Assembly (NCBI GenBank): GCA_963675665.1
Contig: OY776510.1
Location: 2,784,001 to 2,848,000, forward strand
DNA: 64,000 nt
From: Spirochaetia bacterium
GTDB taxonomy: Bacteria; Spirochaetota; Spirochaetia; UBA9216
Direction: 5' to 3'
The position numbers were made by a program, and so were the translations under genes. Below the pieces are notes generated by a model. It searched no databases. It was not told the DNA's origin and was given only the letters and a program-made list of their open reading frames with translations. Shown piece after piece: positions 1 through 11,116 of this stretch. Within the stretch, counting starts at the first letter, position 1; every line of letters begins with the position of its first letter.

Positions 1-503
1 AGCTGGCGGAAGAGGCAGGGTATTCTCTCAGGACTCTTTACAAGCATTTCCGCAATATGGATGAGCTCTTCTGGCTTGTCAGAAATGCTGTTATTGAGGA
101 TTTTGTTGTGTATTTATCAGGTTTCAGCGAAAAAGAGGAAAACGGGAGTATAACTGATCCGGTGGAGAATTTAAAAAAGCAGTTTCACCGTTATATGGAT
201 TATTTCCTGAAAGAACAGAATTTTTACAGGTTTTTATACTTTTACAGGCTTGATTCGGAATATAAAACGGATCCTGCATATCATGAAACTCCGGATTTTC
301 CTGAAAAGATGGATACAGCGTTCAGGGATCTGATCTCATCCGGTAATCTCAAGGAAAAAGATATCCCTGCTGTTTCCGCAACCCTGATTCTTACGATTCA
401 GGGGCTTCTGACGTTGTTGTTGTCCGGTACTGAAGAACTGACTGATAATGAGGCCCGGATGCAATTAAATATGATTATACATTTTTTATTGGAGAAAAAA
501 TAA
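1..503 (+). CDS. TetR/AcrR family transcriptional regulator (5'-truncated by window)
   Basis: The frame is open from base 3 and reads LAEEAGYSLRTLYKHFRNMDELF, a TetR HTH. It is followed by a helical C-terminal domain. Confidence 0.85.
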   Translation, partial: LAEEAGYSLRTLYKHFRNMDELFWLVRNAVIEDFVVYLSGFSEKEENGSITDPVENLKKQFHRYMDYFLKEQNFYRFLYFYRLDSEYKTDPAYHETPDFPEKMDTAFRDLISSGNLKEKDIPAVSATLILTIQGLLTLLLSGTEELTDNEARMQLNMIIHFLLEKK

Positions 504-1228
504 TGGAAAAAATGAACAAAGTAATGGAAAAACAGGCAAAAAAAATATTTTATGCGGGAGCGGTAACCGCATGTCTTTTTCTGGCGTATTCGGCGGCATC
601 TATATTGATAATGATATTTCTCGAAGGCGGTTACCCGGAAACAGCCAAGGAATGTTTCCTGATGATTGAAGAAAACAGGCTGCTTGCACTTCTGCGGCTG
701 GATATTATCTCGGTTGCAGTTCTCCCGTTTTATGCGGTCTTGTTCTTCAGTATATATTATGCTGTTAAAAAAGATAGTCAATTAGCTTCGGGGGTTGCCC
801 TTTTCCTGGTGTTGGGCGGGATTATAGTCTTCATGTCGACTGTAAATCTTGCATCGATTTTAAATATAGCGGAAAAATATTTAAATACAGAATCAGAGGA
901 AATGCGAAACCTTTACCTGGCAGCCTGCGAAGGCATGCTTGCCGATGATATGTGGATTAACACGGGATATGTGTATAGAGGTCTTATGATTGAACTCGGA
1001 GCTATAATATTTTCGGTAATGATGATTCGCAGCTCATTATTTACGAAACCTGTCGGCTGGATTGGACTTGTTACACACTGTTTTGATTTCGGAAGCGTAG
1101 TTATGGGGTTATGGTTTCCTGCTGTTAAAAACATTTTTATTATAATTGCAGGTCCATTATATATCGTATGGTTTATACTGCTTGTTTTACAGCTGTCGAG
1201 ACTGCCTGAAAGAATGCAGACAGAATAA
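503..1228 (+). CDS. Multi-pass membrane protein (DUF4386-like)
   Basis: 241 aa with about 6 hydrophobic segments. Coupled to the TetR gene by a TAATG overlap. Confidence 0.6.
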   Translation: MEKMNKVMEKQAKKIFYAGAVTACLFLAYSAASILIMIFLEGGYPETAKECFLMIEENRLLALLRLDIISVAVLPFYAVLFFSIYYAVKKDSQLASGVALFLVLGGIIVFMSTVNLASILNIAEKYLNTESEEMRNLYLAACEGMLADDMWINTGYVYRGLMIELGAIIFSVMMIRSSLFTKPVGWIGLVTHCFDFGSVVMGLWFPAVKNIFIIIAGPLYIVWFILLVLQLSRLPERMQTE

Positions 1229-1375
1229 CAGGTTGCAGGTATCTTTTAAAATCTGATTTCAGTGAAAATCCGTGGAAGTTGAAATTAATCCGCAAATATG
1301 CGATTATCAGCCGAAGTTGAACATTTAAAATCGGAGCTTATATAATAAGGCTTCATTTGCCCAAGGAGACAATTA

Positions 1376-3151
1376 ATGCGGTTTTCCCAGATTTTCGGAC
1401 ACACCCTGAAGGAAGCGCCGTCAGATGCACAGGCGGTTTCTCATCAGTATCTTATACGCGGCGGCTATATTCACCAGGTTGCGGCAGGCCTTTTTTCGTA
1501 TCTTCCACTTGCCCGCAGGGTCCTGAACAAAATAGAAGGCATACTGCATGAAGAGATGGCCATGATTGGAGGACAGGAGGTTACAATGCCTGTTGTTCTT
1601 CCGGCTGATATGTGGCAGGAATCGGGGCGCTGGTATCAGATCGGTTCCGAGATGACCAGGCTGAAAGACAGAAAAGACCACGATATGGTTCTTGCAATGA
1701 CTCATGAAGAGGCATTGTGTGATCTTGCCCGCAAGTATATCCGTTCTCATAAGGAATTGCCGCAGCTTGTATATCACATACAGACAAAGTGGCGCGATGA
1801 TCCCAGGCCGAGGGCGGGGCTTATACGTGTGCGCGAGTTTAAAATGAAAGACTCATACAGTCTTGATACAAGCTGGGAAGGTCTGGATAAGCAGTACAGG
1901 GCCCATTACCAGAGTTATTTCAATATTTTCAATCGCTGCGGTTTGGATGTTCTGGCTGTAAAGTCCGATACCGGGATGATGGGCGGCAAAGTGGCCCATG
2001 AGTTTATGTATCTCACCCCGATTGGTGAAGATACAATCATATACTGCGACAGCTGCGGGTATAATTCCAACCGCCAGGTAGCCGAGTTCATGAAACCGGA
2101 AGCGGTTAAGGAAGAACCTGCCGAGATTGAAAAGGTTAAAACTCCGGATTGTAAAACAATTGAGGATCTTGCAAAATTTTTGAGTATTCCTGAAAGCAAA
2201 ACCGCCAAGGCGGTTTTTATGGTTGCAACCATACAGGAAGATAATAACACCGAGATTGAAAAATTTATTCTGGCCATACTCCGCGGGGATATGGATCTTA
2301 ACGAAACCAAGCTGTCCAATGCCGTAAAGGCAAAAGAGCTCAGACCTGCACATGAAGACGAAATCAAGGCTGTAGGCGCAGTTCCGGGTTACGGATCGCC
2401 GGTCGGCGTAAAAAATGCGTTTGTTGTTGTCGATGAACTGGCGGCTGAATCGACAAATCTTGTCGGCGGAGCCAATGAAGAGGGTTATCACCTTCTCAAT
2501 GTAAACTGCGGACGGGATTTTAAACCGAATCTTGTTACTGATATAGCTGCAGCCGAAGCAGGGTATAAATGCATCAACTGCGGTTCCGAACTGAAGTCGG
2601 AGAAAGCTGTAGAGGTTGGAAATATCTTCAAGCTCGGCACCCGGTATTCCGAGGCCATGAACGTTACTTACCAGGATGAAAACGGCAAACTGCTGCCCGT
2701 GATTATGGGTTCTTACGGAATAGGAGTCGGCCGGCTGCTGAGCTGTGTTGTCGAGCAGCATCACGACGACTACGGTATTATCTGGCCTGTCAGTATTGCC
2801 CCTTTCCATGTGCATATTGTACTGCTGCATGATAAAAAAGGTACGGAGGCCCAGGAGACAGCCGAAGCTCTTTATTCTGATCTGCAGGCTGCCGGAATTG
2901 AAGTTCTTATCGATGATCGAAAGGAAAGCCCCGGTGTGAAATTCAACGATGCTGATCTTGTCGGAATTCCGGTGCGACTTACCGTCGGACGCCGTTCGCT
3001 TGATAATGGCGGGGTAGAATTCAAAATTCGCGGAGAGAAAGACAGTGAAATTATTCCGGTAGACCAGGTTGTTGATAAACTCCAGGGTGTGCTGGACATG
3101 CTGAAAAATGATATACGCGACAGGATTAAAACCGTAGAATATAAAGATTAA
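1376..3151 (+). CDS. proS: Proline--tRNA ligase (bacterial type with INS editing domain)
   Basis: Motifs THEE, QTKWRDDPRPRAGLIRVREF, EVGNIFKLGTRYS and MGSYGIGVGR, plus an anticodon-binding domain. SD AAGGAG upstream. Confidence 0.97.
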   Translation: MRFSQIFGHTLKEAPSDAQAVSHQYLIRGGYIHQVAAGLFSYLPLARRVLNKIEGILHEEMAMIGGQEVTMPVVLPADMWQESGRWYQIGSEMTRLKDRKDHDMVLAMTHEEALCDLARKYIRSHKELPQLVYHIQTKWRDDPRPRAGLIRVREFKMKDSYSLDTSWEGLDKQYRAHYQSYFNIFNRCGLDVLAVKSDTGMMGGKVAHEFMYLTPIGEDTIIYCDSCGYNSNRQVAEFMKPEAVKEEPAEIEKVKTPDCKTIEDLAKFLSIPESKTAKAVFMVATIQEDNNTEIEKFILAILRGDMDLNETKLSNAVKAKELRPAHEDEIKAVGAVPGYGSPVGVKNAFVVVDELAAESTNLVGGANEEGYHLLNVNCGRDFKPNLVTDIAAAEAGYKCINCGSELKSEKAVEVGNIFKLGTRYSEAMNVTYQDENGKLLPVIMGSYGIGVGRLLSCVVEQHHDDYGIIWPVSIAPFHVHIVLLHDKKGTEAQETAEALYSDLQAAGIEVLIDDRKESPGVKFNDADLVGIPVRLTVGRRSLDNGGVEFKIRGEKDSEIIPVDQVVDKLQGVLDMLKNDIRDRIKTVEYKD

Positions 3152-3166
3152 TCAAGGTCGGTTGTA

Positions 3167-4279
3167 TCAGCCGGTCTCGATATCGTCGAATGATATGCCT
3201 TCGCCGGATTCAACCCGGCGGACAAGACGGCGCCCTAACAGGGCATCATAGAACTCAGGTCTGATTCCGGGCCTGAGTTTTTTTTCTGTTCTAAGCAGGG
3301 CTGTATTTTCAGCAGTAAGCGCAGTTCCTGCCGGCAGTTCAAACAGCGCGTGGATTGAACGGTTTGTCCGCCCGTAGCTGTCTCTTTCAGACGGGGTCAG
3401 TTTCTTTATCCCGTCGCCCAGAATTTTTGCTACCCGCTCAGGGCCGAATTCAATTCTCAGTCCGGCAAGAGGATCCGGAGATTTTTCAGTTTCTCGAATT
3501 TTTCTGACCATTTTTTTAAAATCGTCAGGTTCAAGGGCAATCGGATCATCCAGACCGCTGTCGCGATTGTCAAGCGTTATATGTTTTTCTATACATACGG
3601 CCCCGAGGGCAGTCGCAATTGCGGGGACACAAAGCGGATCACGGCTGTGATCGGATACGCCTGTTTTTATGCCGAAAGTTTCACAGAGTACAGGAAGTAA
3701 TTTAAGGTTATATTCTTCTTCAGGAGCAGGGTAGGCCGTAATACAGTGCAGCAGAATGAGGTTTTCATCGGAAGCTTCAGGAACCCTCAGTATTACATTA
3801 AGGGCGGCTTCAATATCATTAAGGCAGGAAACCCCGGAAGATAATATAATGCTCTTTCCCGTTGCCGCGGCTGCTTTCAGAAGAGGAAAATGGTTCAGCT
3901 CCGGAGAAGCTATTTTTATTGAATTGCAACCGGTCTTTAAAAGCCATTCGAGGCTCTTCAGTCCGAACGGGGAGGCAAGAAACTCAAGGCCGGCCTGTTC
4001 GGCAAGCTCTTTCAGTCTGAGATAAAAATCAAAATCCTGTTCAAGTTCCCTGAATCTGTCGTAAAGTCTTATCCGGCCTCCGGGCAAATCCACTTCACCG
4101 GTGGCCGGATGAATAATCTCATCAGCAAATACAATCTGGGTTTTTATGCAGTCGGCCCCGGCAGAAGCCGCTGCATTTACCAGTTCAGCAGCCCTGTTCA
4201 GGCTGCCTTCGTGGGAAGTCCCGATTTCGGCTATAATATAAGTCCGATCAGCCGCCATTGGATTCTGCCCGTTCATCAA
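3167..4279 (-). CDS. N-acetylneuraminate synthase family protein (NeuB/SpsE-like, C-terminal SAF domain)
   Basis: Motifs IIAEIGTSHEG, KIASPE, LLHCITAYP, GVSDHS and IEKHITLD. Confidence 0.88.
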   Translation of the reverse strand: MMNGQNPMAADRTYIIAEIGTSHEGSLNRAAELVNAAASAGADCIKTQIVFADEIIHPATGEVDLPGGRIRLYDRFRELEQDFDFYLRLKELAEQAGLEFLASPFGLKSLEWLLKTGCNSIKIASPELNHFPLLKAAAATGKSIILSSGVSCLNDIEAALNVILRVPEASDENLILLHCITAYPAPEEEYNLKLLPVLCETFGIKTGVSDHSRDPLCVPAIATALGAVCIEKHITLDNRDSGLDDPIALEPDDFKKMVRKIRETEKSPDPLAGLRIEFGPERVAKILGDGIKKLTPSERDSYGRTNRSIHALFELPAGTALTAENTALLRTEKKLRPGIRPEFYDALLGRRLVRRVESGEGISFDDIETG

Positions 4280-5684
4280 GCATGGAGAATTTTAATTCCG
4301 CGAGATTTTCGGAAAGCGCCACCTTGTAGATATGCGGGTTGATAAGTCTTTTAAATGTACGATCAAGGCCGGAAATATCTGAAATAACATTATTCCGTAT
4401 ATGTTCGATGTCCGGAAGATCACAGCAGATACGTCCGTTTTCAAGGCATTTAACAAGAAGCGGTTTTACCGTTGCGTGCTCTCTGCTGACGAATGATCTG
4501 TACCTGTACATCGGGTGTACGAAACGGTAGGATTTTCCCGTAGTAATTTCATCTTCAAAAAAAGTCATAAGATCCGCAAGCGGCGACTGCTGGCAGTCGT
4601 AAAAACGGTAAACCTGTTTGAATCCGGGATTTGTGGTTTTTTCAGGATTATTGGAGAGTTTGATTGTAGGAACCATTGAATCTCCCTGCTGGCGCGCTAC
4701 CATTTTATATACGCCGGTAAGGGAAGAATCTTCTCCGCCTGTAACAAGCTGCGTCCCTACGCCCCATGAGTCAATCGGGGCTTCATCCCTGACAAGTTGT
4801 CTGATTATATGTTCATTAAGATCGTTCGACACGGCAATCAGGGCATCCGGCAGTCCGGCGGCATTAAGCTTTGCTCTTACTTTTTCGCTGAGGTACTGCA
4901 GGTCTCCGCTGTCCAGCCTGACTCCGAAATTAAGGCCTTTCTTCTGAAGTTCTTTTCCTACAATAATTGCATTGTCGATGCCGCTGCCCAGGGTGTCGTA
5001 TGTATCTATCAGCAGTATTACCTTTTCCGGGTAAAGCTCGGCATATTTTCTGAACGCTTCCAGTTCGGATTCAAACGACATTATCCATGAGTGCGCCATG
5101 GTCCCGGTTACGGGTATCCCGAATTTCTGTCCGGCCAGCGTATTCGAGGTGGCTGAAGCCCCGCCTATATAGGCAGCGCGTGAAGCCGATAGTGCTCCGT
5201 CGATTCCCTGGGCCCGTCTCAGTCCGAATTCCATAATATTTGCGCCGCCGCTTGCCGCAAAAATGCGGGCAGCCTTGGTCGCTACAAGTGTCTGAAAATT
5301 CACTGTATTCAGAAGCATACTTTCAATAAGCTGTGCTTCCATCAGATTTGCTTTGACAGTGATGAGCGGCTCGTAAGGGAAAACAATCGTTCCTTCAGGC
5401 ATTGCATAGATATCACCGCTGAATTTGAAATCTTTGAGATAATCAAGAAAGCTGTTTTTAAATATTCCCGTGCTGCGAAGGTATTCAATTGCTTCATCGG
5501 AAAATGCAAGATTTTCCAGCCGTTTAAGAAGATCTTCAAGCCCGGCAAAAACAGTGTACCCTCCGTTAAACGGATTGCGCCGGAAAAACATTTCAAAAAC
5601 AACATCGGGGTTATTCTGTTTATAAAAATACCCCTGCATCATGGTCAGTTCATAAAGGTCGGTCAACAGGGCGGAATTGTACAT
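4248..5684 (-). CDS. pncB: Nicotinate phosphoribosyltransferase
   Basis: Motifs LLTDLYELTM, EFGLRRAQG, GTMAHSW, LIDTYDT and VRLDSGDL. Confidence 0.95.
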   Translation of the reverse strand: MYNSALLTDLYELTMMQGYFYKQNNPDVVFEMFFRRNPFNGGYTVFAGLEDLLKRLENLAFSDEAIEYLRSTGIFKNSFLDYLKDFKFSGDIYAMPEGTIVFPYEPLITVKANLMEAQLIESMLLNTVNFQTLVATKAARIFAASGGANIMEFGLRRAQGIDGALSASRAAYIGGASATSNTLAGQKFGIPVTGTMAHSWIMSFESELEAFRKYAELYPEKVILLIDTYDTLGSGIDNAIIVGKELQKKGLNFGVRLDSGDLQYLSEKVRAKLNAAGLPDALIAVSNDLNEHIIRQLVRDEAPIDSWGVGTQLVTGGEDSSLTGVYKMVARQQGDSMVPTIKLSNNPEKTTNPGFKQVYRFYDCQQSPLADLMTFFEDEITTGKSYRFVHPMYRYRSFVSREHATVKPLLVKCLENGRICCDLPDIEHIRNNVISDISGLDRTFKRLINPHIYKVALSENLAELKFSMLDERAESNGG

Positions 5685-5685
5685 A

Positions 5686-6963
5686 TTATTTTCGCTTTAT
5701 GGTATCGAACCCGGTATAGGGTACGAGTTTTTTCGGAATTCTGATTGAACCGTCTTCAGTCTGGAAATTTTCCATAACTGCAATTATGGCCCTTGAAACA
5801 GCAATGGCGGTGCCGTTAAGCATGTGAACATTTTTATTCTTCCCGTCATCATCCTTGAAGCGCACGCCGAGGCGTCTTGCCTGATAATCGGTACAATTTG
5901 ATGTTGAAGTAACCTCTCCCCATTCTCCGTTTTCTCCCCGGCCGGGCATCCATGCTTCAAGATCATATTTACGGTATGCAGGGGCTCCCAAATCTCCGGT
6001 GCAGGTGTCTACTACGCGGTACGGTATCTCAAGGCCGGTAAAAAGTTCTTCTTCAATGGCAAGAAGCTCCTGGTGAATCTTTCCGGAGTCTTCCGGTCTG
6101 CAGTAAACAAACATTTCAACCTTTGAAAACTGGTGAACACGATAGAGTCCTCTTGAATATTGCCCGGCGGCGCCTGCTTCACGTCTGAAGCAATGTGAAA
6201 GACCGGCCATCTTTACCGGCAGCTTTTCAGCATCGATTATCTGCCCGGCATGGTAGCCTCCGAGAGTTATTTCCGCCGTTCCGACAAGACAGGTCCCTGT
6301 ATCTTCGATGTTGTAAATATTGGATTCGTCTCCGCGCGGGTTAAACCCTATTCCTTCAAGAATCTCCTCTTTTGCAATATCCGGGGTAATGGTGGGCATA
6401 AATCCCTTGCTTATAAGCAAGTCAATAGCATAACGGCTGAGCGCCAGTTCAAGTATGACTGCTTCGTTTTTAAGATAATAAAACTTGGTGCCTGAAACCC
6501 TTGCCGCCGTATCAAAATCAATTAAATCAAGTTCCTCGCCCAGTTCTACATGATTTTTAGGAGTAAAACCGAATTCCGGAATTTTGCCGGAACGACTGAT
6601 TTCAAGATTATCTTTGTCCTCTTTTCCTACAGGCGCATCCGGATGCGCCATATTGGGGACCCGCGAAGCTTCGGCATTGAGGTGCGTCTCTACAGAAGAA
6701 TATTCTTCTTCCAGGGCTGCTATATCCTCTTTAAGCTTTTTACCTTCATCGATAAGTTTTGTACGCTCATCCTGATCCATCGGCCCTTTCATTTTTTTTG
6801 CGTTTTCATTACGACGCTGCCTGAGGGCATCTATATCACTTATAAGAACATTACGTTTGTCATAAAGTGCAATTACACGATCTACATCAACCGACATGAA
6901 ACGATCTTTAACATTTTGCCTGACCGCATCGGCATTTTCCTTGATAAATCTTAAGTCCAACAT
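5686..6963 (-). CDS. serS: Serine--tRNA ligase
   Basis: Starts [10 protein letters not shown] (ATG 6963). Motifs [26 protein letters not shown] and HMLNGTAIA. Confidence 0.97.
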   Translation of the reverse strand: MLDLRFIKENADAVRQNVKDRFMSVDVDRVIALYDKRNVLISDIDALRQRRNENAKKMKGPMDQDERTKLIDEGKKLKEDIAALEEEYSSVETHLNAEASRVPNMAHPDAPVGKEDKDNLEISRSGKIPEFGFTPKNHVELGEELDLIDFDTAARVSGTKFYYLKNEAVILELALSRYAIDLLISKGFMPTITPDIAKEEILEGIGFNPRGDESNIYNIEDTGTCLVGTAEITLGGYHAGQIIDAEKLPVKMAGLSHCFRREAGAAGQYSRGLYRVHQFSKVEMFVYCRPEDSGKIHQELLAIEEELFTGLEIPYRVVDTCTGDLGAPAYRKYDLEAWMPGRGENGEWGEVTSTSNCTDYQARRLGVRFKDDDGKNKNVHMLNGTAIAVSRAIIAVMENFQTEDGSIRIPKKLVPYTGFDTIKRK

Positions 6964-6969
6964 GGTTAG

Positions 6970-6998
6970 AGGATACAAGAGTAAGCATTTCCAGTCAA
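6970..6998 (-). promoter_or_regulatory. Sigma70 promoter of serS (predicts a leaderless transcript)
   Basis: Minus strand reads TTGACT-N17-TATCCT-N6-ATG, with no SD. Confidence 0.65.
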
Positions 6999-7036
6999 TA
7001 TGGTCAAAAAATGACAACTATGATAAGCTTAATCTG

Positions 7037-7492
7037 ATGATTAAGCTTAAAGCAGAAGATGTTATAAAAAAACTGAAACTGGCTCCTCTTCCTGTTGAAG
7101 GCGGATGGTTCAGACGAACATGGGCGGACAACTCAGGCACTGTCATTTACTACCTGATAACGCCGGAAACCTGGTCGGCATTTCACAGGCTGACTATTTC
7201 CGAAACCTGGCATTTCTATGCAGGAGATTCGGTCAGACAGCTGCAGCTGTTCCCCGACGGCAACAGTAAAATTATGGAACTGGGCTGCAGACTGGAAGAG
7301 GGTGTAATGCCCCAGCTTGTTTGTCCTGCAGGCGTCTGGCAGGCTACCAGGCTGTCCGAAGGCGGCGAATGGGCACTTATGGGAACGACAATGTCCCCTC
7401 CGTACACCGATGATTGCGTGGAATTTACAATGCTTGATGATTTGAAAAGAAAGTATCCCGATAAAACGGCATTAATAGAGGAGTTTGAATGA
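7037..7492 (+). CDS. Cupin domain protein (DUF985 family)
   Basis: Motifs LKLAPLPVEGGWFRRTW, IYYLI, FHRL..SETWHFYAG and PAGVWQA. Start chosen at ATG 7037. Confidence 0.85.
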   Translation: MIKLKAEDVIKKLKLAPLPVEGGWFRRTWADNSGTVIYYLITPETWSAFHRLTISETWHFYAGDSVRQLQLFPDGNSKIMELGCRLEEGVMPQLVCPAGVWQATRLSEGGEWALMGTTMSPPYTDDCVEFTMLDDLKRKYPDKTALIEEFE

Positions 7493-8322
7493 AGCATTTA
7501 AATCTGAATTCAGGAATGGGAGAAAATCTCAATCTGGCCGGAAAAACTGCGGTTATTACCGGTGGAGCTGTTAATATCGGAAAGGCTGTAAGTACCCGGC
7601 TTTCAACGCTTGGAGTGAAGACGGTAATAGTCTACAACCACTCGGCAGCTGAAGCTGTTGAATTATCGAAAGAGATAAATTTTTCCGGCGGCACATCAGC
7701 TGCTTTTCAGGCCGATATAAGCGATGAGTTTCAGGTAGAAGCACTTTTTAAATCAATTTCACAGGATGATCGTTTCGGCAGGGTGGATATTCTGGTGAAC
7801 AATTCCGGAGTCTTCAGCCTGTCGGAACAGATTGATTTGCCGGCCTCAGAATGGCAGAGATTATTTAATATTAATGTAATGGGAACGTTTCTCTGTTCCC
7901 GTGAAGCCGCAAAGCTGATGAAAATGCAGCCGGTTCTTGAAGACGGGAACTGCAGGGGTTCTATAGTTAATATAGCGAGCATAAATGCCGTTCATCCGGG
8001 ATTCGGCAAAACGGTACATTATGATGCGACAAAAGGCGCAGTTCTGTCGTTTACAAAATCACTGGCTGCCGAACTCGGACCTGAAGGAATAAGGGTTAAT
8101 GCGGTTGCTCCCGGACTGGTGGATTCCGCAACTCTCAGGAAAGACTCTGCGCCGCTTGCAGAGATGGTGGAAACACGGAACCCTCTTGCATCTCCCGACG
8201 GAACCAGCAGGCTTGTTGAGACCGGCGATATTGCCGACACGGTAGTATTCCTGGTATCAAATCTTTCAACATCGATAACAGGCGAGATGATTACAGTTGA
8301 CCGGGGATATTTACTGACCTGA
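7489..8322 (+). CDS. SDR family oxidoreductase
   Basis: Motifs TGGAVNIG, LVNNSG, YxxxK (YDATK) and VNAVAPG. Confidence 0.92.
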   Translation: MKHLNLNSGMGENLNLAGKTAVITGGAVNIGKAVSTRLSTLGVKTVIVYNHSAAEAVELSKEINFSGGTSAAFQADISDEFQVEALFKSISQDDRFGRVDILVNNSGVFSLSEQIDLPASEWQRLFNINVMGTFLCSREAAKLMKMQPVLEDGNCRGSIVNIASINAVHPGFGKTVHYDATKGAVLSFTKSLAAELGPEGIRVNAVAPGLVDSATLRKDSAPLAEMVETRNPLASPDGTSRLVETGDIADTVVFLVSNLSTSITGEMITVDRGYLLT

Positions 8323-8327
8323 CATGG

Positions 8328-9383
8328 TCAGCTGTTCTGGGCGCGGTGTCTGAGAATATGGTCGACAATTACAATTGCCGCCATTGATTCGACGACCGGT
8401 ACGATTCTGGGCGTAAGACACGGATCATGCCTGCCTGTAGTGCTTATCTCGGTTTCTTCGCCGTTAATATCGACAGTCTGCTGAGGATGTTCGATTGAAG
8501 AGGTCGGTTTAACGGCTATTCTGAATAATATATCCTGCCCGGTGCTTATTCCTCCCAGAACTCCGCCTGCATTGTTTGTAATAAAACCGTTTCTGTCCAT
8601 CCAGTCATTGTGGAAGCTTCCCAGCATTTCTGCAGCCGCGAACCCTGAGCCGAACTCAATCCCCTTGACTCCGCCCAGTGAAAGAACTGCTTTTGCAAGG
8701 TCCGCATCAATTTTATCAAAAACAGGTTCTCCGAGGCCGGCCGGAACACCCTTGATTATGCATTCAATGATTCCGCCAGCGCTGTCGCCTTCCTCAGCCA
8801 GCTTTTCTATTTTTTCAGTCATCTTCCAGGCAGCCGACGCATCGGCGGCCCGCATGGGATTATTTTCAATGATATCAAGATCGATAGTCTCACAGCGGAT
8901 TCCGGCGGCTTCTAGCGTATACGCCTTTATATCTATCCCTTCCGCAGACAGGATTTTCTTCGCTACTGCTCCCGCAGCCACCCTTCCGGCAGTTTCCCGT
9001 CCTGAGGCCCTGCCGCTTCCGCGGTAATCTCTGATTCCGTATTTATGATGGTAGGTAAAGTCGGCATGTCCCGGACGATAAAAATCCTTGATATTGGTAT
9101 ATGCCGACGGATTTGCATCTTTATTGTATAGTATTACGGCAAGAGGAGTACCGGTTGTTTTTCCTTCAAAAACTCCCGAGACAATGGTAACCTTGTCGCT
9201 TTCTTTTCGCGGTGTTGTAACAGTTGACTGACCGGGTTTCCGCCTGTTCATTTCAATTTGAATTTCTTCATCCGAAATCTCAATTCCCGGAGGTGTTCCG
9301 TCGATTATCACTCCCACGGCTGTTCCGTGGGATTCTCCAAAAGTGGTGATCCTGAATGCATACCCGAAACTGTTACCAGGCAT
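8328..9383 (-). CDS. aroC: Chorismate synthase
   Basis: Motifs [22 protein letters not shown] and GRHDPC. Confidence 0.97.
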   Translation of the reverse strand: MPGNSFGYAFRITTFGESHGTAVGVIIDGTPPGIEISDEEIQIEMNRRKPGQSTVTTPRKESDKVTIVSGVFEGKTTGTPLAVILYNKDANPSAYTNIKDFYRPGHADFTYHHKYGIRDYRGSGRASGRETAGRVAAGAVAKKILSAEGIDIKAYTLEAAGIRCETIDLDIIENNPMRAADASAAWKMTEKIEKLAEEGDSAGGIIECIIKGVPAGLGEPVFDKIDADLAKAVLSLGGVKGIEFGSGFAAAEMLGSFHNDWMDRNGFITNNAGGVLGGISTGQDILFRIAVKPTSSIEHPQQTVDINGEETEISTTGRHDPCLTPRIVPVVESMAAIVIVDHILRHRAQNS

Positions 9384-9921
9384 AATCTGTTTCCTCCAGC
9401 TGTTTGATAATTTCGCTGCAAATTTCGGTAGCGGATCTCCGCTTTGAAATTATTTTCATATCAGATATTTTATCATAAATTGAGGTGCGCGTTTCAAATA
9501 AATGTTTAAACTCATCAAATGGATTATTACCGGACAAAAATGCCGGTATGCCTTTCTTTATAATACGGTTATAAAGAATTTCAGCTTCTTCATAAATGTA
9601 AATAATATAAAATGATTTACCCAGTATTTCGACAGCCTTTGGATTATCACATATTCCGCCGCCTGCAGCGCAGATTATTGATGATTCCGCAGCGGTTGAA
9701 ACGCATTCCTGTGAGGCCTTGTATTCATATTCCTGAAACAGCGATCTTCCTTTACGGTATATACCGCGCGAGTCTGACTTTTCGCCTGTTTCCTTGAAGT
9801 ATATATTTTCCAGTATAAGATCTATATCTGTAAATGGAAGTGAAAGTTCTTTAGACAGCATTTTCCCCAGAGTACTTTTACCACAGTGTTTCATGCCGGT
9901 TAATAACAGTGATTTTTTCAT
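9373..9921 (-). CDS. aroK: Shikimate kinase
   Basis: P-loop GMKHCGKST and AAGGG motif. Adjacent to aroC. Confidence 0.88.
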   Translation of the reverse strand: MKKSLLLTGMKHCGKSTLGKMLSKELSLPFTDIDLILENIYFKETGEKSDSRGIYRKGRSLFQEYEYKASQECVSTAAESSIICAAGGGICDNPKAVEILGKSFYIIYIYEEAEILYNRIIKKGIPAFLSGNNPFDEFKHLFETRTSIYDKISDMKIISKRRSATEICSEIIKQLEETDYAW

Positions 9922-9936
9922 TGTTTCCCGAAGCTT

Positions 9937-11049
9937 TTAATGCACCTTTTTATGAAGATCGGGGTGGGGATATATGACGCCGACTCTCAGTTCTTTATGA
10001 TCAAGAAGATCATCAGGTCTGAGTTTGATATGCACGTTCTTTCGGGGATAAGTGCACGACTCGCGTTCGATAAACTCGGTGTCCATCATTATCCTTTCCT
10101 TCGGTACGTCCGGATTTTCAATATTTTTAATAAGCAGTTCAACAGCCTTTTCTCCGATTGCTTCAAGCGGTTGTTTCATTGTGGACAGCGGGGGATTCAG
10201 GTATCCTGAATAGATAATATCATTATAGCCGAAAATTGAAAGATCTCGCGGTATTTCAAGGTTGTTTATAAATGCGGAACGCATTACACCCAACGCCATA
10301 TGGTCGTTGGCGCAGAATATTGCTGTAGGGGGGTCTGCAAGACCGAAAAAATAATTAAAAGCGCGTTGCCCGCTTTCAGGCTGCCAGTTTCCGTAATAGA
10401 TCAGTCTCTTGTCAATTTCCATTTCATTCTCTTCAAGAGCTTCAAGGTACCCGTTGATTCTGTCGCGTCCGCAAATCAGGGTAGTACTTCCGGTTATCAT
10501 TCCTATCCGTTTATGTCCAAGTTTTACCAGATAGTTGATTATTCTTTTTGCGCCGTTATGGTTGTCGGCATCAATGTAGTTAATGTCGATTTCATCATCA
10601 CGGCCGTAAACAACAACTGAAGGAACTTTGTCTGTTATAAGCTTTTTAAGCAGCCATTGATCTACCGAGGGCGCAAGAACTATTACGCCGTCCACCTTTC
10701 TTTCCATGTACAACTGTGAATAGTATGCCTCGCTTTTCATCGAAGCGGGAAGTTTGAAAACAAGATGATAGCCTTTTTTGTCAATATTATGCTCAAGACT
10801 TGTGATCAGATCCAGAAAATAGGGTGCAACGGTCATAAACTCCGCATGGGGAATAATAATGCCTATACCGTCGGTTTTATTATTGTTAAGGGCCCGTGCC
10901 GCTGCATTGGGGTAGTATCCAAGTTGTTCAATTGCTTTAAGTACCCTCTGACGGGTTTCTTTTTTAACGTTTTCCTTGCCGTTGATAACCCTGGAAACAG
11001 TCATAAAGGACACGTTGGCAAGTTTCGCAACGTCTGATTGTGAAGGCAT
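9937..11049 (-). CDS. LacI family transcriptional regulator
   Basis: HTH DVAKLANVSFMTVSRVIN, hinge YYPNAAARAL and a periplasmic-binding-protein-like domain. Confidence 0.93.
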   Translation of the reverse strand: MPSQSDVAKLANVSFMTVSRVINGKENVKKETRQRVLKAIEQLGYYPNAAARALNNNKTDGIGIIIPHAEFMTVAPYFLDLITSLEHNIDKKGYHLVFKLPASMKSEAYYSQLYMERKVDGVIVLAPSVDQWLLKKLITDKVPSVVVYGRDDEIDINYIDADNHNGAKRIINYLVKLGHKRIGMITGSTTLICGRDRINGYLEALEENEMEIDKRLIYYGNWQPESGQRAFNYFFGLADPPTAIFCANDHMALGVMRSAFINNLEIPRDLSIFGYNDIIYSGYLNPPLSTMKQPLEAIGEKAVELLIKNIENPDVPKERIMMDTEFIERESCTYPRKNVHIKLRPDDLLDHKELRVGVIYPHPDLHKKVH

Positions 11050-11116
11050 TTTTTCCTCTACTCCCTTTTCATTTTATGTAATTCTAATGTAGTATTATAT
11101 CCTAAAAGGAATAGAT

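Noticed and set aside
1229-1375. T-box leaders before proS, serS or trpS
   Set aside because: There is no T-box motif, and the leaders are too short or absent.
1853-2830. Long antisense ORFs (also 24466-25318, 50482-51060, 53982-55619 and others)
   Set aside because: These are shadow frames of conserved genes and have no motifs.
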